A DNA stretch of 64,000 nt from an uncultured Planctomycetota bacterium (GCA_963818975.1 CAWFUI010000015.1:230979-294978); one strand, 5' to 3'; counted from the stretch's first letter, positions 42,773-52,919 are shown. Notes: generated from the sequence alone by a model not told the origin. Numbers and translations are program-made.

Positions 42773-43807
42773 CTAGGTCGATCGATCCGATGGGAACGCC
42801 CTGCGGGCGATTTCGGCTTTACGGATCCGAGCCTTGTCCTTGGGCGTCGAGTTCGCCGATCGAATCGCCCGCGGCCGGACCGCCGACGGTCGGCAACTGA
42901 GGCGAGCCGATGTGAATCGAGCTCGATTGCGTGGGCCCAGACCTTTGCATGCCGAGCACAAGCCCCCCATCGTCGACGCGGGCTTGGCGCCGGGGGCGAA
43001 CTGGTCCAGAAGCGATTCCGCCGCCATCGTCACTTCGAGCGAAAGCCGCGCAATCCTGTTTCGAAAGAATGCATGAAAGCAGATCGCCGGGATTGAAAGG
43101 GCAATGCCTTCGAGCGTCGCGAACAGCGCCGTCGAGATTCCAGAGGCAAGCTGGCTGGCTCGAGGCAACGCGCCTTCGAACGCCATAACACGAAAACTCA
43201 TGATCATACCATAAACCGTCCCGACCAGGCCGATCATTGGGCCCAGGGTGCCGACGGTGGCGAGGTAGGTGGTTTTGTGCTCCATCTCCATCGTCAAATC
43301 TTCGTTGGCGAGGTCCGCGGACAAGAGAGCTGCGTCTCGACCCAGCGAGAGCTTTCTGGCGCCGGCCGCGAGCACTCTTGCCAGAAACGAACGGTCGTTC
43401 GCAACCCGGTGGTAGGCGTCGTTAAATCGTTTTTGGGTCAACAGGTCGTTCAACTCGCGCAAGAGCAGCGGCGGTAACGCGACCTTCCTGCGGTATTCGA
43501 TCGACATCCAGACGACCAAGGCGATGAGGTAGAACGATAAGAGCAGAATGACCAGGCCTATTGGTCCAGAGGCCTCGCGCATCCAATCGAGGAACGAGCC
43601 CGAATCGGCGATTCGCGGCGAGCCTGAGGATTCCTCGACGTCGTCGGTGCTGGACTTTTCGACCCCAGCCGTTTGGCCGCCAGGTTTACGATCGCCTTGA
43701 GCGGCCGCCGAGTACGCCTGCGGCACAAGCATTACACCGACAAACGCAAAGCAAAGGACGAATATCGGAAAGCCAGCCGACTGCCTGGCGCTCATCCATG
43801 CGTTCAA
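42773..43807 (-). CDS. exbB: MotA/TolQ/ExbB proton-channel family protein
   Basis: ATVGTLGPMIGLVGTVYGMIMSF...ISTALFATLEGIALSIPAICFHAFF (MotA_ExbB signature). Confidence 0.8.
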   Translation of the reverse strand: MNAWMSARQSAGFPIFVLCFAFVGVMLVPQAYSAAAQGDRKPGGQTAGVEKSSTDDVEESSGSPRIADSGSFLDWMREASGPIGLVILLLSFYLIALVVWMSIEYRRKVALPPLLLRELNDLLTQKRFNDAYHRVANDRSFLARVLAAGARKLSLGRDAALLSADLANEDLTMEMEHKTTYLATVGTLGPMIGLVGTVYGMIMSFRVMAFEGALPRASQLASGISTALFATLEGIALSIPAICFHAFFRNRIARLSLEVTMAAESLLDQFAPGAKPASTMGGLCSACKGLGPRNRARFTSARLSCRPSAVRPRAIRSANSTPKDKARIRKAEIARRAFPSDRST

Positions 43808-43960
43808 GGGACTGCCTCAAAGCGAAATTGCGAGCCTCGAGCCACAGTCGCCAGATTAGCGGATTACGTCGGCGTCAACCAGACTTAAGAGGCGTACTCA
43901 GGCTGGCCGCCAGTCGCGCAAGCGGGAATTGGGCGCCGTGGTCTAAGCCAAACGCGTGAT

Positions 43961-44185
43961 TCAACGTTTCGGCTTGGCAGTTGGCGGAGCTTCCGCGGAT
44001 CCCTTGGCCCTGGCAGGCTTACCTTCCATATACCGATTGCAACCGCTGTTCCCTGAAACTCGAAGTCGAAACGCCTGGAGCTCTTCGTCGATGCAGAGCC
44101 CCAACGTCGTACCCGCGACCGCAACCTCTGGTTCGATCTGCCACCACTTGCAGTCCTTACACAGTCCCCATTCATGATCACTCAT
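43961..44185 (-). CDS. small Cys-rich hypothetical protein (74 aa)
   Basis: MSDHEWGLCKDCKWWQIEPEVA...LCIDEE...SGCNRYM shows a CxxC...C...C pattern. There is no competing strong ORF. Confidence 0.3.
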   Translation of the reverse strand: MSDHEWGLCKDCKWWQIEPEVAVAGTTLGLCIDEELQAFRLRVSGNSGCNRYMEGKPARAKGSAEAPPTAKPKR

Positions 44186-44407
44186 TGGAAAAATCCCTCG
44201 AGCATCGGTTTCATTTGAAAAGCGAACAAATCCAGAAACACATAGAATCCACTAAGCACAATCCATGCCGAGGTTGCTTCCCAGGCTCCGTCCGCGCCTC
44301 GTGCGCGGTCCTTCCGTATGGTCCCCAGCTCTCCACGACCGGGGGACGGACTTCAAGATGCAGCCGGATTGCCAAAGAGCCGTAGAACCGACGAAACCGA
44401 TCGCTCG

Positions 44408-46108
44408 CTAGGCCGATGGGCCCTGCGATGGATTTGATTCCAACGGTGTGTTGTTGATTGGGTGGCCTTGGATCACGTCGTTTCGCGTGACCAAGGCGTT
44501 TTCGGCGACGATCGGCTCGATGTAAGTCACTGATTCGCAAGCAATTTGCGTCCCCTGACCATTCGAACCCAATTTTTCGGCGTCCTCAGAGGGCGTGACA
44601 GGTGTCTCGCCCCTACAGGGATGGGAATCAATCAGCGTAGGGGCGGATCCCCCGATCCGCCCTCCGGGGTTTCGAAGGCCATCGCCGTATGAAGAGGGCG
44701 TGACAGGGGTCTCGCCCCTACAGGGATCGGACTCAATCAGCGTATGGTCGGATCCCCCGATCCGCCCTCCGGGGTTTCGAAGGCCATCGCCGGCTGAAGA
44801 GGGCGTGACGGGGGTCTCGCCCCTACGGGATTGGGACGCCAGTACGGATTCGCAAACAATTTGCCTCTCCTGACCATTCGAACCCAATTCTTCGGCGGAC
44901 ACAGAGGGCGTGACGGGGGTCTCGCCGGTACCGGGATCGGAATCAATCAGCGTAGGGGCGGATCCCCCGATCCGCCCTCCGGGGTTTTGTAGGCCATCGC
45001 CGTATGAAGAGGGCGTGACGAGGGTCTCGCCCCTACGGGAATCGGACGCCAGCACAGATTCGCAAGTAATTTGCGTTTCTTGAGTCCGCCGGAGGCGGAA
45101 ACCCAATTCGTCGGCCGGCTCGTCGTCGACAACGGGGTCGTCTTTATGGAGGTGAGACTTCTCCCTCACGTAGGCGTCGTCGGTATCGCGATACACCAGG
45201 TTGTGCCTTTTGTCCCAAGGCGGAGCTGAGTCCCAATCGTACTCCTCCTCGGGTTCGCTCGCTGCCTGGGCCTGCGCCAAAAGCTCGGCCTCTGCCCGCT
45301 TCTTGGCTCGATGTTCAGCAAGGGCCTTCTCGAGTTGGCGATCCTTCTGAATTTTGACCGCAGCCAGGCGCTTATCAGCATCGAGCAGGCCCGTCGTGGA
45401 GAGCAGGAACTCGAGATCGTCGTCGTCGTACTTGGTCTTGAACTCGTCGACGAGCATTCCGAACGTCGGGGTGCTCGGCGCTCGCATGCTCAACTTCTTG
45501 CGTTCGAGCTCGAGCCTCTCTGCCCTGTGGGCATCGTTCTTGCGTTCGATCCGCCGTTTCTCGAGCTCGCGATAGGCACGAAAGAACCCGCGTTCGAACG
45601 AATTGTAATAGCGGAAATAAGCCTCGATTTGAGGCTCGGTCAGGTCGATCCTCAGCCATGCTTCACGAGCGGCCTCGCGATCGAATCCTGGTTCTTGCAA
45701 CCCGAAGCATTTCAAGCTCTTCAGTCGTTGGGCGATCGCAGGCCGGTCGTCGATGTCGATCTTTCTGCCTTCTCGATGCCCGATCAGGTTGGCTGCCTTG
45801 TGCTCGACCTGGGTGTCCTGTGCCAGCGCCAGCATCATCGCGGCCCGCGATTGCTTCCAGAGGCACATCGCCGCCTTCTCGGCGAGCTTGAATTCGACGT
45901 CGCCGACGGGCTGAGTATCTTCAATGTAGGCTTGCAAGTGTGCCTCCCAGTCCTCGTCGAACTCGAGCGACCGGAGGACGATCTCCTCGGACCGAAGTCC
46001 GTGTCTGAGAGCGTTTTTGGACGATTTTGCTTTGCCTTCGGGCGTCTTGGGACCGGTGGACCGCTTCGCATGTCTTGCGTTTGCGTAAATCTGAGACGGC
46101 GTTGCCAT
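44408..46108 (-). CDS. hypothetical protein; charged/coiled-coil N-terminal 330 aa followed by about five in-frame 35-aa tandem repeats (RGETPVTPS...GDGLRNPGGRIGGS...)
   Basis: 566-aa ORF. The N-terminal part has ordinary composition. The C-terminal 3' third is encoded by a 105-bp tandem DNA repeat that maintains the reading frame. Confidence 0.45.
   Translation of the reverse strand: MATPSQIYANARHAKRSTGPKTPEGKAKSSKNALRHGLRSEEIVLRSLEFDEDWEAHLQAYIEDTQPVGDVEFKLAEKAAMCLWKQSRAAMMLALAQDTQVEHKAANLIGHREGRKIDIDDRPAIAQRLKSLKCFGLQEPGFDREAAREAWLRIDLTEPQIEAYFRYYNSFERGFFRAYRELEKRRIERKNDAHRAERLELERKKLSMRAPSTPTFGMLVDEFKTKYDDDDLEFLLSTTGLLDADKRLAAVKIQKDRQLEKALAEHRAKKRAEAELLAQAQAASEPEEEYDWDSAPPWDKRHNLVYRDTDDAYVREKSHLHKDDPVVDDEPADELGFRLRRTQETQITCESVLASDSRRGETLVTPSSYGDGLQNPGGRIGGSAPTLIDSDPGTGETPVTPSVSAEELGSNGQERQIVCESVLASQSRRGETPVTPSSAGDGLRNPGGRIGGSDHTLIESDPCRGETPVTPSSYGDGLRNPGGRIGGSAPTLIDSHPCRGETPVTPSEDAEKLGSNGQGTQIACESVTYIEPIVAENALVTRNDVIQGHPINNTPLESNPSQGPSA
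44590..45115. repeat. tandem repeat, ~105-bp unit x 5 in two alternating flavours, containing short hairpins (CGGATCCCCCGATCCG)
   Basis: Units begin GAGGGCGTGAC(A/G)GGGGTCTCGCC at ~44590, 44694, 44799, 44903 and 45008. Flavour X ends ...GGTTTCGAAGGCCATCGCC. Flavour Y carries GATTCGCAAACAATTTGC...CCATTCGAACCCAATTC, which also occurs once just upstream at 44531-44580. Confidence 0.8.
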
Positions 46109-46419
46109 GGTCTTTTTTTTCGGTTCTCAAGGGTCGATTTTTCTTGATAATTCCAGGTTCTATGTCACCGCTATCCAACTGCTATCCAAATAATTCTAGG
46201 CGAATCTCGATAAAGTTGAGAACTGGATAAACCAAATCTTTTGCGTTTGTGCGAATAAATTCCAAACAGATCCCACATATTGGAGCGGCCGGGGAGAAAG
46301 GCTGTGCAGTATGCGAGTCCGGCGGGCTTGCTGGTATGACGTGCAGACTGTTCCATAATTTTAGTGAACAAATACACAGAATTCTAGCGAGACCATCAGG
46401 GCTTGCGTAAAATCACGTG

Positions 46420-47094
46420 ATGAGCACTGCAACCGCCGCAAGCATTCAAGACCGCGCTCGCCAGTCGCTCGGCTCGAGTGGGGAGCCGATTTACGCGATG
46501 GTCGCCAAGGTCGTCCAAGAGCGCCATAAAGGCCTGGGTACACTGATTGACGTGGGCTGCGGGAGCGGAGCCTTGTGGCGAACCGTCGGCCAAGGCTTCA
46601 ACGGTTACCTTGGCGCGGACGTGGTTCGATACAACGGATTTCCAAGCGACGGCACGTTTCACGAAATCGACGTCGAGGCTGGCCGCGTTCCGCTTCCTGA
46701 TGAGACCGGCGACGTCGTGGCGGCCGTCGAAACGATCGAGCACGTTGAGAACCCTCGAGCGTTCGCTCGCGAACTCTTTCGGCTCTGCAAGCCTGGCGGT
46801 CTGGTCGTCATCACCACGCCAAATCAAAACAGCTTGCTGGCCAAGGCGTGCTTTATGGTCAAGGGCCAGTTTCCAGCGTTCCAAGAGGCCCCCGGCAGCT
46901 ATCCCTCGCACCTGTCGGCGTTGCTCGAAATCGACCTCGTGCGCATCGCCCGCGAGGTGGGTCTCCAAGGAATCGAAACCCGGTTCAGCGATGACGGGCG
47001 CATTCCAGGGAGCCGACGTCATTGGCCGAGATGGTTCAAAGGCAGGCTCTGGTCGGATAATACGTTGGTTGCCGGACTCAAGCCCGGGTGTTGA
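46420..47094 (+). CDS. class I SAM-dependent methyltransferase
   Basis: LIDVGCGSGALW (motif I), ...DVVAAVETIEHVENP (motif II/III), 225 aa. Confidence 0.75.
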   Translation: MSTATAASIQDRARQSLGSSGEPIYAMVAKVVQERHKGLGTLIDVGCGSGALWRTVGQGFNGYLGADVVRYNGFPSDGTFHEIDVEAGRVPLPDETGDVVAAVETIEHVENPRAFARELFRLCKPGGLVVITTPNQNSLLAKACFMVKGQFPAFQEAPGSYPSHLSALLEIDLVRIAREVGLQGIETRFSDDGRIPGSRRHWPRWFKGRLWSDNTLVAGLKPGC

Positions 47095-47391
47095 AACTTG
47101 CATCAATCGCTGACACACAGGATCTCTGGCTGTCGGTGGGCTGGCGAGTCGAAAAATCGGCGCCGCGGGGTTCCAATTTCCTGGGCTCGCTATTGACCAC
47201 TGCCGACGCCTCGGCGGGTAAGCTGTAAGCGACCGTTTGCAGGTCTCCGAATCGCTCCCAACGACATTCCCCGACAGTCCCAGATTGTCTGCAACCATTC
47301 CCCGGATCTGGAAAGGCCATGTGCTTTTACGGCTTTTTTCGAAACGAACGGACTAGTAAGATAAGTGCACAGTGTTTCAGAGTATCAACAA

Positions 47392-47979
47392 ATGAATGAA
47401 ACAAATCCCAAGGTTGATTTTTATTTCAGTAAAGCCACGAAGTGGCGGGAAGAATATGAGCTGTTGAGAACGATCGTTCTCGACTGTCAACTAAGCGAGG
47501 AGCTGAAGTGGGGTTGTCCGTGCTACACGTTTCAGAAAACGAACATCGTTTTAATTCATGGATTCAAGGAGTATTGCGCGCTTCTGTTTATGAAAGGCGC
47601 GTTGTTGAAAGACTCCAAGCGCCTTCTCATCCAACAAACGGAGAATGTGCAGGCTGCTCGGCAGATTCGGTTCACCAACCTCAAAGAAATCGTCAGGATG
47701 AAAACGATCCTGAAAGCCTATATTCAGGAAGCCGTTGAAGTCGAAAAAGCCGGTTTGAAAGTGACACTCAAGAAGACCAAAGAATTCGCCGTTCCCGAAG
47801 AGTTTCAAAAGAAACTGGACGAAAACCCTGGCTTGAAGACTGCTTTTGATGCGTTGACGCCTGGGCGACAAAGAGGATACATCCTTCATTTTTCCGCGCC
47901 CAAACAATCGAAAACTCGGGAGTCGAGGATTGAAAAATGTATGCACCAGATTCTTAAAGGAAAGGGATTAGAGGATTAG
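47392..47979 (+). CDS. YdeI/OmpD-associated family protein (DUF1801-like N-terminal plus YdeI C-terminal); conspicuously low GC (~45% versus ~62% surroundings)
   Basis: MNETNPKVDFYFSKATKWREEYELLRTIVLDCQLSEELKWGCPCYTF...GRQRGYILHFSAPKQSKTRESRIEKCMHQILKGKG. It has AAA/GAA-rich codon usage unlike its neighbours. Confidence 0.7.
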   Translation: MNETNPKVDFYFSKATKWREEYELLRTIVLDCQLSEELKWGCPCYTFQKTNIVLIHGFKEYCALLFMKGALLKDSKRLLIQQTENVQAARQIRFTNLKEIVRMKTILKAYIQEAVEVEKAGLKVTLKKTKEFAVPEEFQKKLDENPGLKTAFDALTPGRQRGYILHFSAPKQSKTRESRIEKCMHQILKGKGLED

Positions 47980-48024
47980 GGCGATCCATGAGAATCTCAA
48001 CTCAGTCAGCGTGAGGGAACAACA

Positions 48025-48437
48025 ATGACTGGGAGTATCCCAATCGCCGCCAAACAGAGCGGGAAGAAGTCGGTTGCGCGCCCCGGCCCTCGAGCGGAAA
48101 AGGCAGTCGGGGAAAGTGCAGTGCTCGCGAATCTCGCCGAGACGCCCCAACCGGATCGCGCTTTAGGCGAAAGGCTGCATGTGATTATCAAAGCCAACGC
48201 TTCTGCACTTTCGCCCAGGCTCTGGTACGGGATGCCCGCGTATGCCAAGGGCGGCAAAGTCGTTCTCGCTTGTTCCAAAGCGCGCACAAGTTCAAAACAA
48301 GGTACGCGACGCTTGGCTTCATGCACGAGGAGAACCTCGACGATGGCGCGATGTGGCCGACCGCCTTCGCAGAGAAAGCTTTGACTCCCGCCGACGAGGC
48401 GAAGAGCGCGGTGCTCGTGGAGCAAGCAGTGAGCTGA
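48025..48437 (+). CDS. DUF1801 (YdhG-like) family protein; one apparent frameshift near 48268
   Basis: ...[40 protein letters not shown], then in the next frame [55 protein letters not shown]. Confidence 0.65.
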
Positions 48438-48562
48438 GGCCTGCGTCATTCGTCTAGCCAACGAACCTCCATGTTGACTTCGATTGGCGATGGCTTTCCT
48501 GGCTCACTGCGATCGGTTTGTGCGATCGGTTTCGTGACCATTGACATCGAGAGCCCGGCTTA

Positions 48563-49873
48563 TTACTTGGCGTCCACCTTCTCGTGCGAGACGTGCAGGC
48601 GCCCTGCCAATCTCGTCAGGTCCGATTTCTCGGGCGACTTCGCAGTTTCTTTCTTATTTCCACCGGCGGAGACGGCGGCCTCCGCGAAGGCCTTGCCGAT
48701 GGGAGCGAGAATCTTGGCCGCGCCAAGGTAGTGGTATCCGCCGTTGGAGACGCCCTTCAGGCGTTTCCATTCTTCCGGAGTGAAGTTCTGAGCCATGATC
48801 TTCATCTTGTTCTCCCATGAATCCGCATTTGGATTTTTCTTCTTCTCCTCGGCGACCTTCGCGTCCACCTTCGGCCAGTATTTATCCATTCTCTGTTGCA
48901 GGGCGTCCAGGTCTTCGTCCCAGAAGGGGGCCGTCTCCACCGCCACCACGTTTCCCTTGAACTCGTCAAGTGTTGTAGGTTTGATCTGGGCCTGGCGGAA
49001 GTGCATCTGGGGGGCCTTCTTCCCCTCTTTCTCGCCGCCAATCCCCATGACGCCGATGACGAACGGCATCTTCGGGGCCGAGAGGTCTTTCCGCACGTCG
49101 CGGATGAGGTGCTCCAGGAGTTCCGTGTATAAGTCATACCCGCCGGGTTTCATTTGCTTGTCGTAGGTCCAGTCGGAAACGTAATCGTTGAAACCCTGGA
49201 ACCAGACGAACCCTGCCAGTTCGTACCCCTGCTTCTCGTCATAGTCCGGCGCCACCCGCTTGATGTCCTTGAGCACCTTCTTCGCGTGCCCGATCATCTC
49301 GCGGTAGTACACGCCTGTGGCCTTCTCCTTCTCGGCCTTGATCTTTTTCAGGTCGTCGCCCCGCTGTTTGCACTGGGCCAATTCGTACTCGCTCCACACG
49401 TAGGGCCCTGCGCTCGGCGGGCGGAAGTCGGTGTGCAGGCTCCGACCGCCCCACGAGGTCTTGATGATGAGCACCGGCTCGTCGAGCAGCTTCTCCATCG
49501 TGATGCCGAAGGTGAACTCCGGGCCGATCTTGTCCTCTGGCGCCCCGAACCCGGCCGTCAACTTGCCTTTCGCCTCATTCAAGTCCGAGTAGGCGTCGCC
49601 AAGGCAACCGACCGACGTGATCCAGACCTTTTCGCACACCTTAGGCTTGCCGGCCTTGTCCCGCATTTCCTCGAGCAGCGGGGCCGTCTTCGGGTCGTCG
49701 GCCATGGAATCAAAAGTCGAGATCCTCGCGTGCCCCTGCATGTTCGACTGCCCTGCCAAGATAAACACCTTCAGTGGCTTGTCGCCGGCGGACGCAACAT
49801 TTGCGTTCAAGGCCAGCCCCAAAACAGTCAAACCAAAGGCCAGCGTGTCAAAGCACCTTTGCAACAAAGCCAT
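48563..49873 (-). CDS. secreted sialate-O-acetylesterase-like SGNH hydrolase (DUF303/carbohydrate esterase family)
   Basis: Signal peptide MALLQRCFDTLAFGLTVLGLALNANVASAG, then KVFILAGQSNMQG (DUF303 catalytic Ser motif) and ...WFQGFNDYV. Confidence 0.8.
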   Translation of the reverse strand: MALLQRCFDTLAFGLTVLGLALNANVASAGDKPLKVFILAGQSNMQGHARISTFDSMADDPKTAPLLEEMRDKAGKPKVCEKVWITSVGCLGDAYSDLNEAKGKLTAGFGAPEDKIGPEFTFGITMEKLLDEPVLIIKTSWGGRSLHTDFRPPSAGPYVWSEYELAQCKQRGDDLKKIKAEKEKATGVYYREMIGHAKKVLKDIKRVAPDYDEKQGYELAGFVWFQGFNDYVSDWTYDKQMKPGGYDLYTELLEHLIRDVRKDLSAPKMPFVIGVMGIGGEKEGKKAPQMHFRQAQIKPTTLDEFKGNVVAVETAPFWDEDLDALQQRMDKYWPKVDAKVAEEKKKNPNADSWENKMKIMAQNFTPEEWKRLKGVSNGGYHYLGAAKILAPIGKAFAEAAVSAGGNKKETAKSPEKSDLTRLAGRLHVSHEKVDAK

Positions 49874-50242
49874 AACAGCAACTCCTGACAGGGGACCAGA
49901 GAAACGTTTGGACCGATCGTACGAGCGAATGATTCTCCTTAGCCGAAAAAGCGATTCTATAACAGGACCTCGACGCTTGAAATGATCGGGATACGGATCG
50001 GTCATCGCACAATCGTGCACTTCGAGACAGTCTGCGATCGGCAGTCTCTTTTGCAAGGCAGCACCTTAAACCAAATCGAGCACCTGAACTCCCAGACTGT
50101 CTGCGATCAGCGCCCGAAGTGCGCCCACGTCGCTGGAACCGAGTCAGGCGCATTCAAGACGTTTCGCAACGTTGCGGCCAGCCATTCCAGTTCGTCTTTT
50201 GTTAACTGCACGCCAAGCAAAACATCGGTTTCATCAACAGAA

Positions 50243-50785
50243 TTATTTTGTGTGCATGCGAATATCATAGTGATAATATGTGCCGAACTCGCCGTCGCTT
50301 TCGAGTTGGGAAACGACGCGAAGCCACACGATTTCCGAATTTCGCCAGATTTTGGTCGTAGTACCCTTCCACCCAAAGATCGTGCGAGTCAGCTTCTCGC
50401 GACTGGCCACTAGCATGAAACCCCTGTGCGCGGCCCTGAAATTGTGATTCGACCAAAACACGCCGGCGAGGCTGACGCCAATCGACATCAGAATGGCTGC
50501 GGGATAACTCTGTTGGCGCCCGTCATCCATCCACGGGACGCCGTTCGACCAGTAATGAATCAGCCGGACGGCTTCGATCAGTGGCAGCACGATTAACGTC
50601 GCGGCCATGATCATGGCTATGACAAATCCCGCGTCACAACCGGACGCTGCAGCTCCGATGCGGATATCACCGTTCTTGAGATATTCGAGTTTGATCTTAG
50701 AATCACGGGGCGGGGGCAATCGCTCGCTTTTCTCGATCCCGATCAGGCTCTCTCCTTGCATCGCCTCGCCGGCCACGTTGCCCAA
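50243..50785 (-). CDS. hypothetical membrane protein
   Basis: 180-aa ORF with 3 predicted TM helices (FVIAMIMAATLIVLPLI, AAILMSIGVSLAGVF). Moderate GC, no domain match. Confidence 0.35.
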   Translation of the reverse strand: MGNVAGEAMQGESLIGIEKSERLPPPRDSKIKLEYLKNGDIRIGAAASGCDAGFVIAMIMAATLIVLPLIEAVRLIHYWSNGVPWMDDGRQQSYPAAILMSIGVSLAGVFWSNHNFRAAHRGFMLVASREKLTRTIFGWKGTTTKIWRNSEIVWLRVVSQLESDGEFGTYYHYDIRMHTK

Positions 50786-50940
50786 CTCCGGGTCGATTCC
50801 TAAAACCTTGCTGCGATTCGATACATCGTTTCCATGTAACAGAAGCTCTCATGTGGGAAGCAATAAATCAAGTTGCGGGGCTTTCGAACCTGACGGCCTT
50901 TCGAACCTGACTGTCTGCGATCGGTTTCCCTCCTTGCAAC

Positions 50941-51698
50941 TCACTTCCATTGCAACGGATCCTCCGCTCGACGAAACAAATCCACGACCCAGCAGCCACG
51001 AACATGCGGCCCATCACTTCGGCAATGCTGCATGATAGCCGCGTTATCGCATCCTGCCTCAGCCAGAGCCGTTGCGAGCTCTGGTAAGCGTCCGAAAGAT
51101 CTGCCTAGATCAATCTCTTCGGCGAGTGCGAGGACGGCGGCCGTTCTCCACTCTTCTTGAACAGCGGCGAGGTGGAATGGGTTGCCGAGGATGTCGTGCA
51201 GGAGCGCCAGCACTGCACTACGCGTTCTCGTTCCGCCGCTCGTTCCCCAGCGTTCTCCCGGACTGCGGCAACGGCCCAGCGGCTCGCATCATATGCGGGG
51301 GACAGAAACGGCGTCCGCATCGAGTCAAAAGCCGAGTCCACACCGCTCGACAAATCCGCACACGACCGGGCTGCCATTGAAGCAGGCGTGCAGCTTTCAT
51401 AACTGCCCAAATCCTGAAACCATTTTTCCATTTCGCCACTCACGGCCAGCATTTGCGGGTAGGTTGCTTTCCCATCGGCGAACTGCTCGACGATCCGTAT
51501 TGCATTCAGCCAGCGAGCGTCGTCGACGAAAGGCCCCATACGACGACAGCACGCACTTCCCCAAAGGAGACACTGGCGATCGGTTGCAATGACACATCGT
51601 AAGCTCCCTTGTGGCCCACGAATCCGTTCGAGTGGACCAGCAATATGTTCGAGCATCTCCCATGGATCCGTAAAAGCCATCCATTCCGGCTCGGTCAT
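50941..51698 (-). CDS. hypothetical protein of a Planctomycete-expanded family (Cys-rich CxxxxxxxACCRR N-region and C-terminal HVRGCWVVD motif); one frameshift near 51200
   Basis: MTEPEWMAFTDPWEMLEHIAG...LRCVIATDRQCLLWGSACCRRMGPFVDDARWLNAIRIVEQFADGKAT..., then in the second frame ...LALAEEIDLGRSFGRLPELATALAEAGCDNAAIMQHCRSDGPHVRGCWVVDLF. Confidence 0.4.
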
Positions 51699-52161
51699 GA
51701 TTCACCTCCCACTTTTCCACGATTGCCGGACCATTCATCCCGTCAAGTACCCAGGGCAATCTCGTGGCGCCTATCCGTTCAATAGGATCTCTGCTACCAG
51801 GTTTCCGGCTTGAAAGCTCACTCCTCGACAAGATCGGGATTCCCCTCCGCTCTCAAAGACTCTAACGATCGTGTGCGCGACCTTGGACGCTCTTCGATTG
51901 TTACCGGTACGCCCGAAATCGATCCCCCAGGATGTTCTGACGAACTCAGCACCCAAACTTCCAGACAGTCTGCGATCTGCACCCGTTACCGGTACGCCCG
52001 AAATCGATCCCCCAGGATGTTCTGACGAACTCAGCACCCAAACTTCCAGACAGTCTGCGATCGGCACCCAACATCCAGACAGTCTGCGATCGGCACCCTC
52101 TGCGATCGGCACCGTCTGCGATCAACGCCTTGACCGGGGTCAGGGCTTGGGAAGGCGATTG

Positions 52162-52733
52162 TCACGGCTTTCTTTTGGATTTCCTACTTGCACCATAACG
52201 TAGCCCATCGACGAGCAGAGAAACCATGCGGCGAGCGTGATCGGGACCCTGAGCGTAGGCATGCATGCACAAGCTTGCGACCGCACCCAAGAGTTCCTCG
52301 GCAGTGACATCGGTGCGGACTTCGCCGGCGGTCGCGGCGGACTCGAGAAGTTTTCCAAGTGCGGGTTCGAGTCGCTTCTCGAAGTAGGCGGGCAAGCTGT
52401 CGAAGGCCGGGTTTCCCGAATGCAGGGCCGCGGCAAGCCCACGTTTGGTGGCAATGAAGGCGGCGTATCGCTGCATCCATCGCGCCAGCGCCTCGCCAGG
52501 CTCGTGCTCGGCAGCCAAGCTTTGTGCAGCGTCGGCGCAGGCATCGATTTCATGGCGGAAGACGGCCGCGATCGAGGTCGGACGCGCTGCGGAAAGTGGC
52601 GATAGAACGTGCCGATGCCGACGCCGGCCTTCTCAGCGATCTCTCTCACCGGGGCATCAACGCCAGAGGTCGCGAACACCGCCATGGCCGCCTCCAGCAA
52701 CGCGTCGGTATTGCGTTGCGCGTCGGCGCGCAC
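52162..52733 (-). CDS. TetR/AcrR family transcriptional regulator; one apparent frameshift near 52550
   Basis: N-terminal HTH MRADAQRNTDALLEAAMAVFATSGVDAPVREIAEKAGVGIGTFYRHFPQR. The C-terminal ligand-binding domain is in the adjacent frame (...LARWMQRYAAFIATKRGLAAAL...ELLGAVASLCMHAY...). Confidence 0.75.
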
Positions 52734-52810
52734 GGGCCGATCTGCGCTGCCGCGAGGCTCCGAGTTCCATCAGCTTTGTTCTTTTCAATTGTCGCTCACC
52801 ACGCCTCCAC

Positions 52811-52856
52811 TTGACAAGCGGAACAGTGTTCCGTATAAATCCGGAACAGTGTTCCG
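52811..52856 (+). promoter_or_regulatory. sigma70-like promoter TTGACA-N18-TATAAA overlapping two identical 15-bp perfect palindromes CGGAACAgTGTTCCG (putative TetR operators) in the tetR and SDR divergent intergenic region
   Basis: TTGACA at 52811-52816 and TATAAA at 52835-52840. The operators lie at 52819-52833 and 52842-52856, spaced 23 bp centre to centre. They sit between the divergently oriented tetR (start 52733) and SDR (start ~52920) genes. Confidence 0.65.
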
Positions 52857-52919
52857 TTTGAGTCGAATTAGCACAGCAGGGCTGCTCTGCACGACACATC
52901 GATGAACAAAAAGGAGATG

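Noticed and set aside
44590-45115. Possible CRISPR array suggested by regularly spaced repeats with small hairpins
   Set aside because: Units are contiguous, about 105 bp, with no unique spacers, and there is no cas gene nearby. It is a tandem repeat, not a CRISPR array.
46396-47298. 300-aa minus-strand ORF overlapping the SAM methyltransferase gene
   Set aside because: No motifs. The plus-strand gene has clear MTase motif I/II. Antisense artefact.
51771-52112. 113-aa ORF (MPIAEGADRRLSGCWVPIADCLEV...) and the similar 53416..53838 ORF
   Set aside because: Their open frames are generated by the tandem 86-bp and 72-bp duplications and the 18-mer repeat (PIADCLEV is the translation of CGATCGCAGACTGTCTG). 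They are not credible genes.
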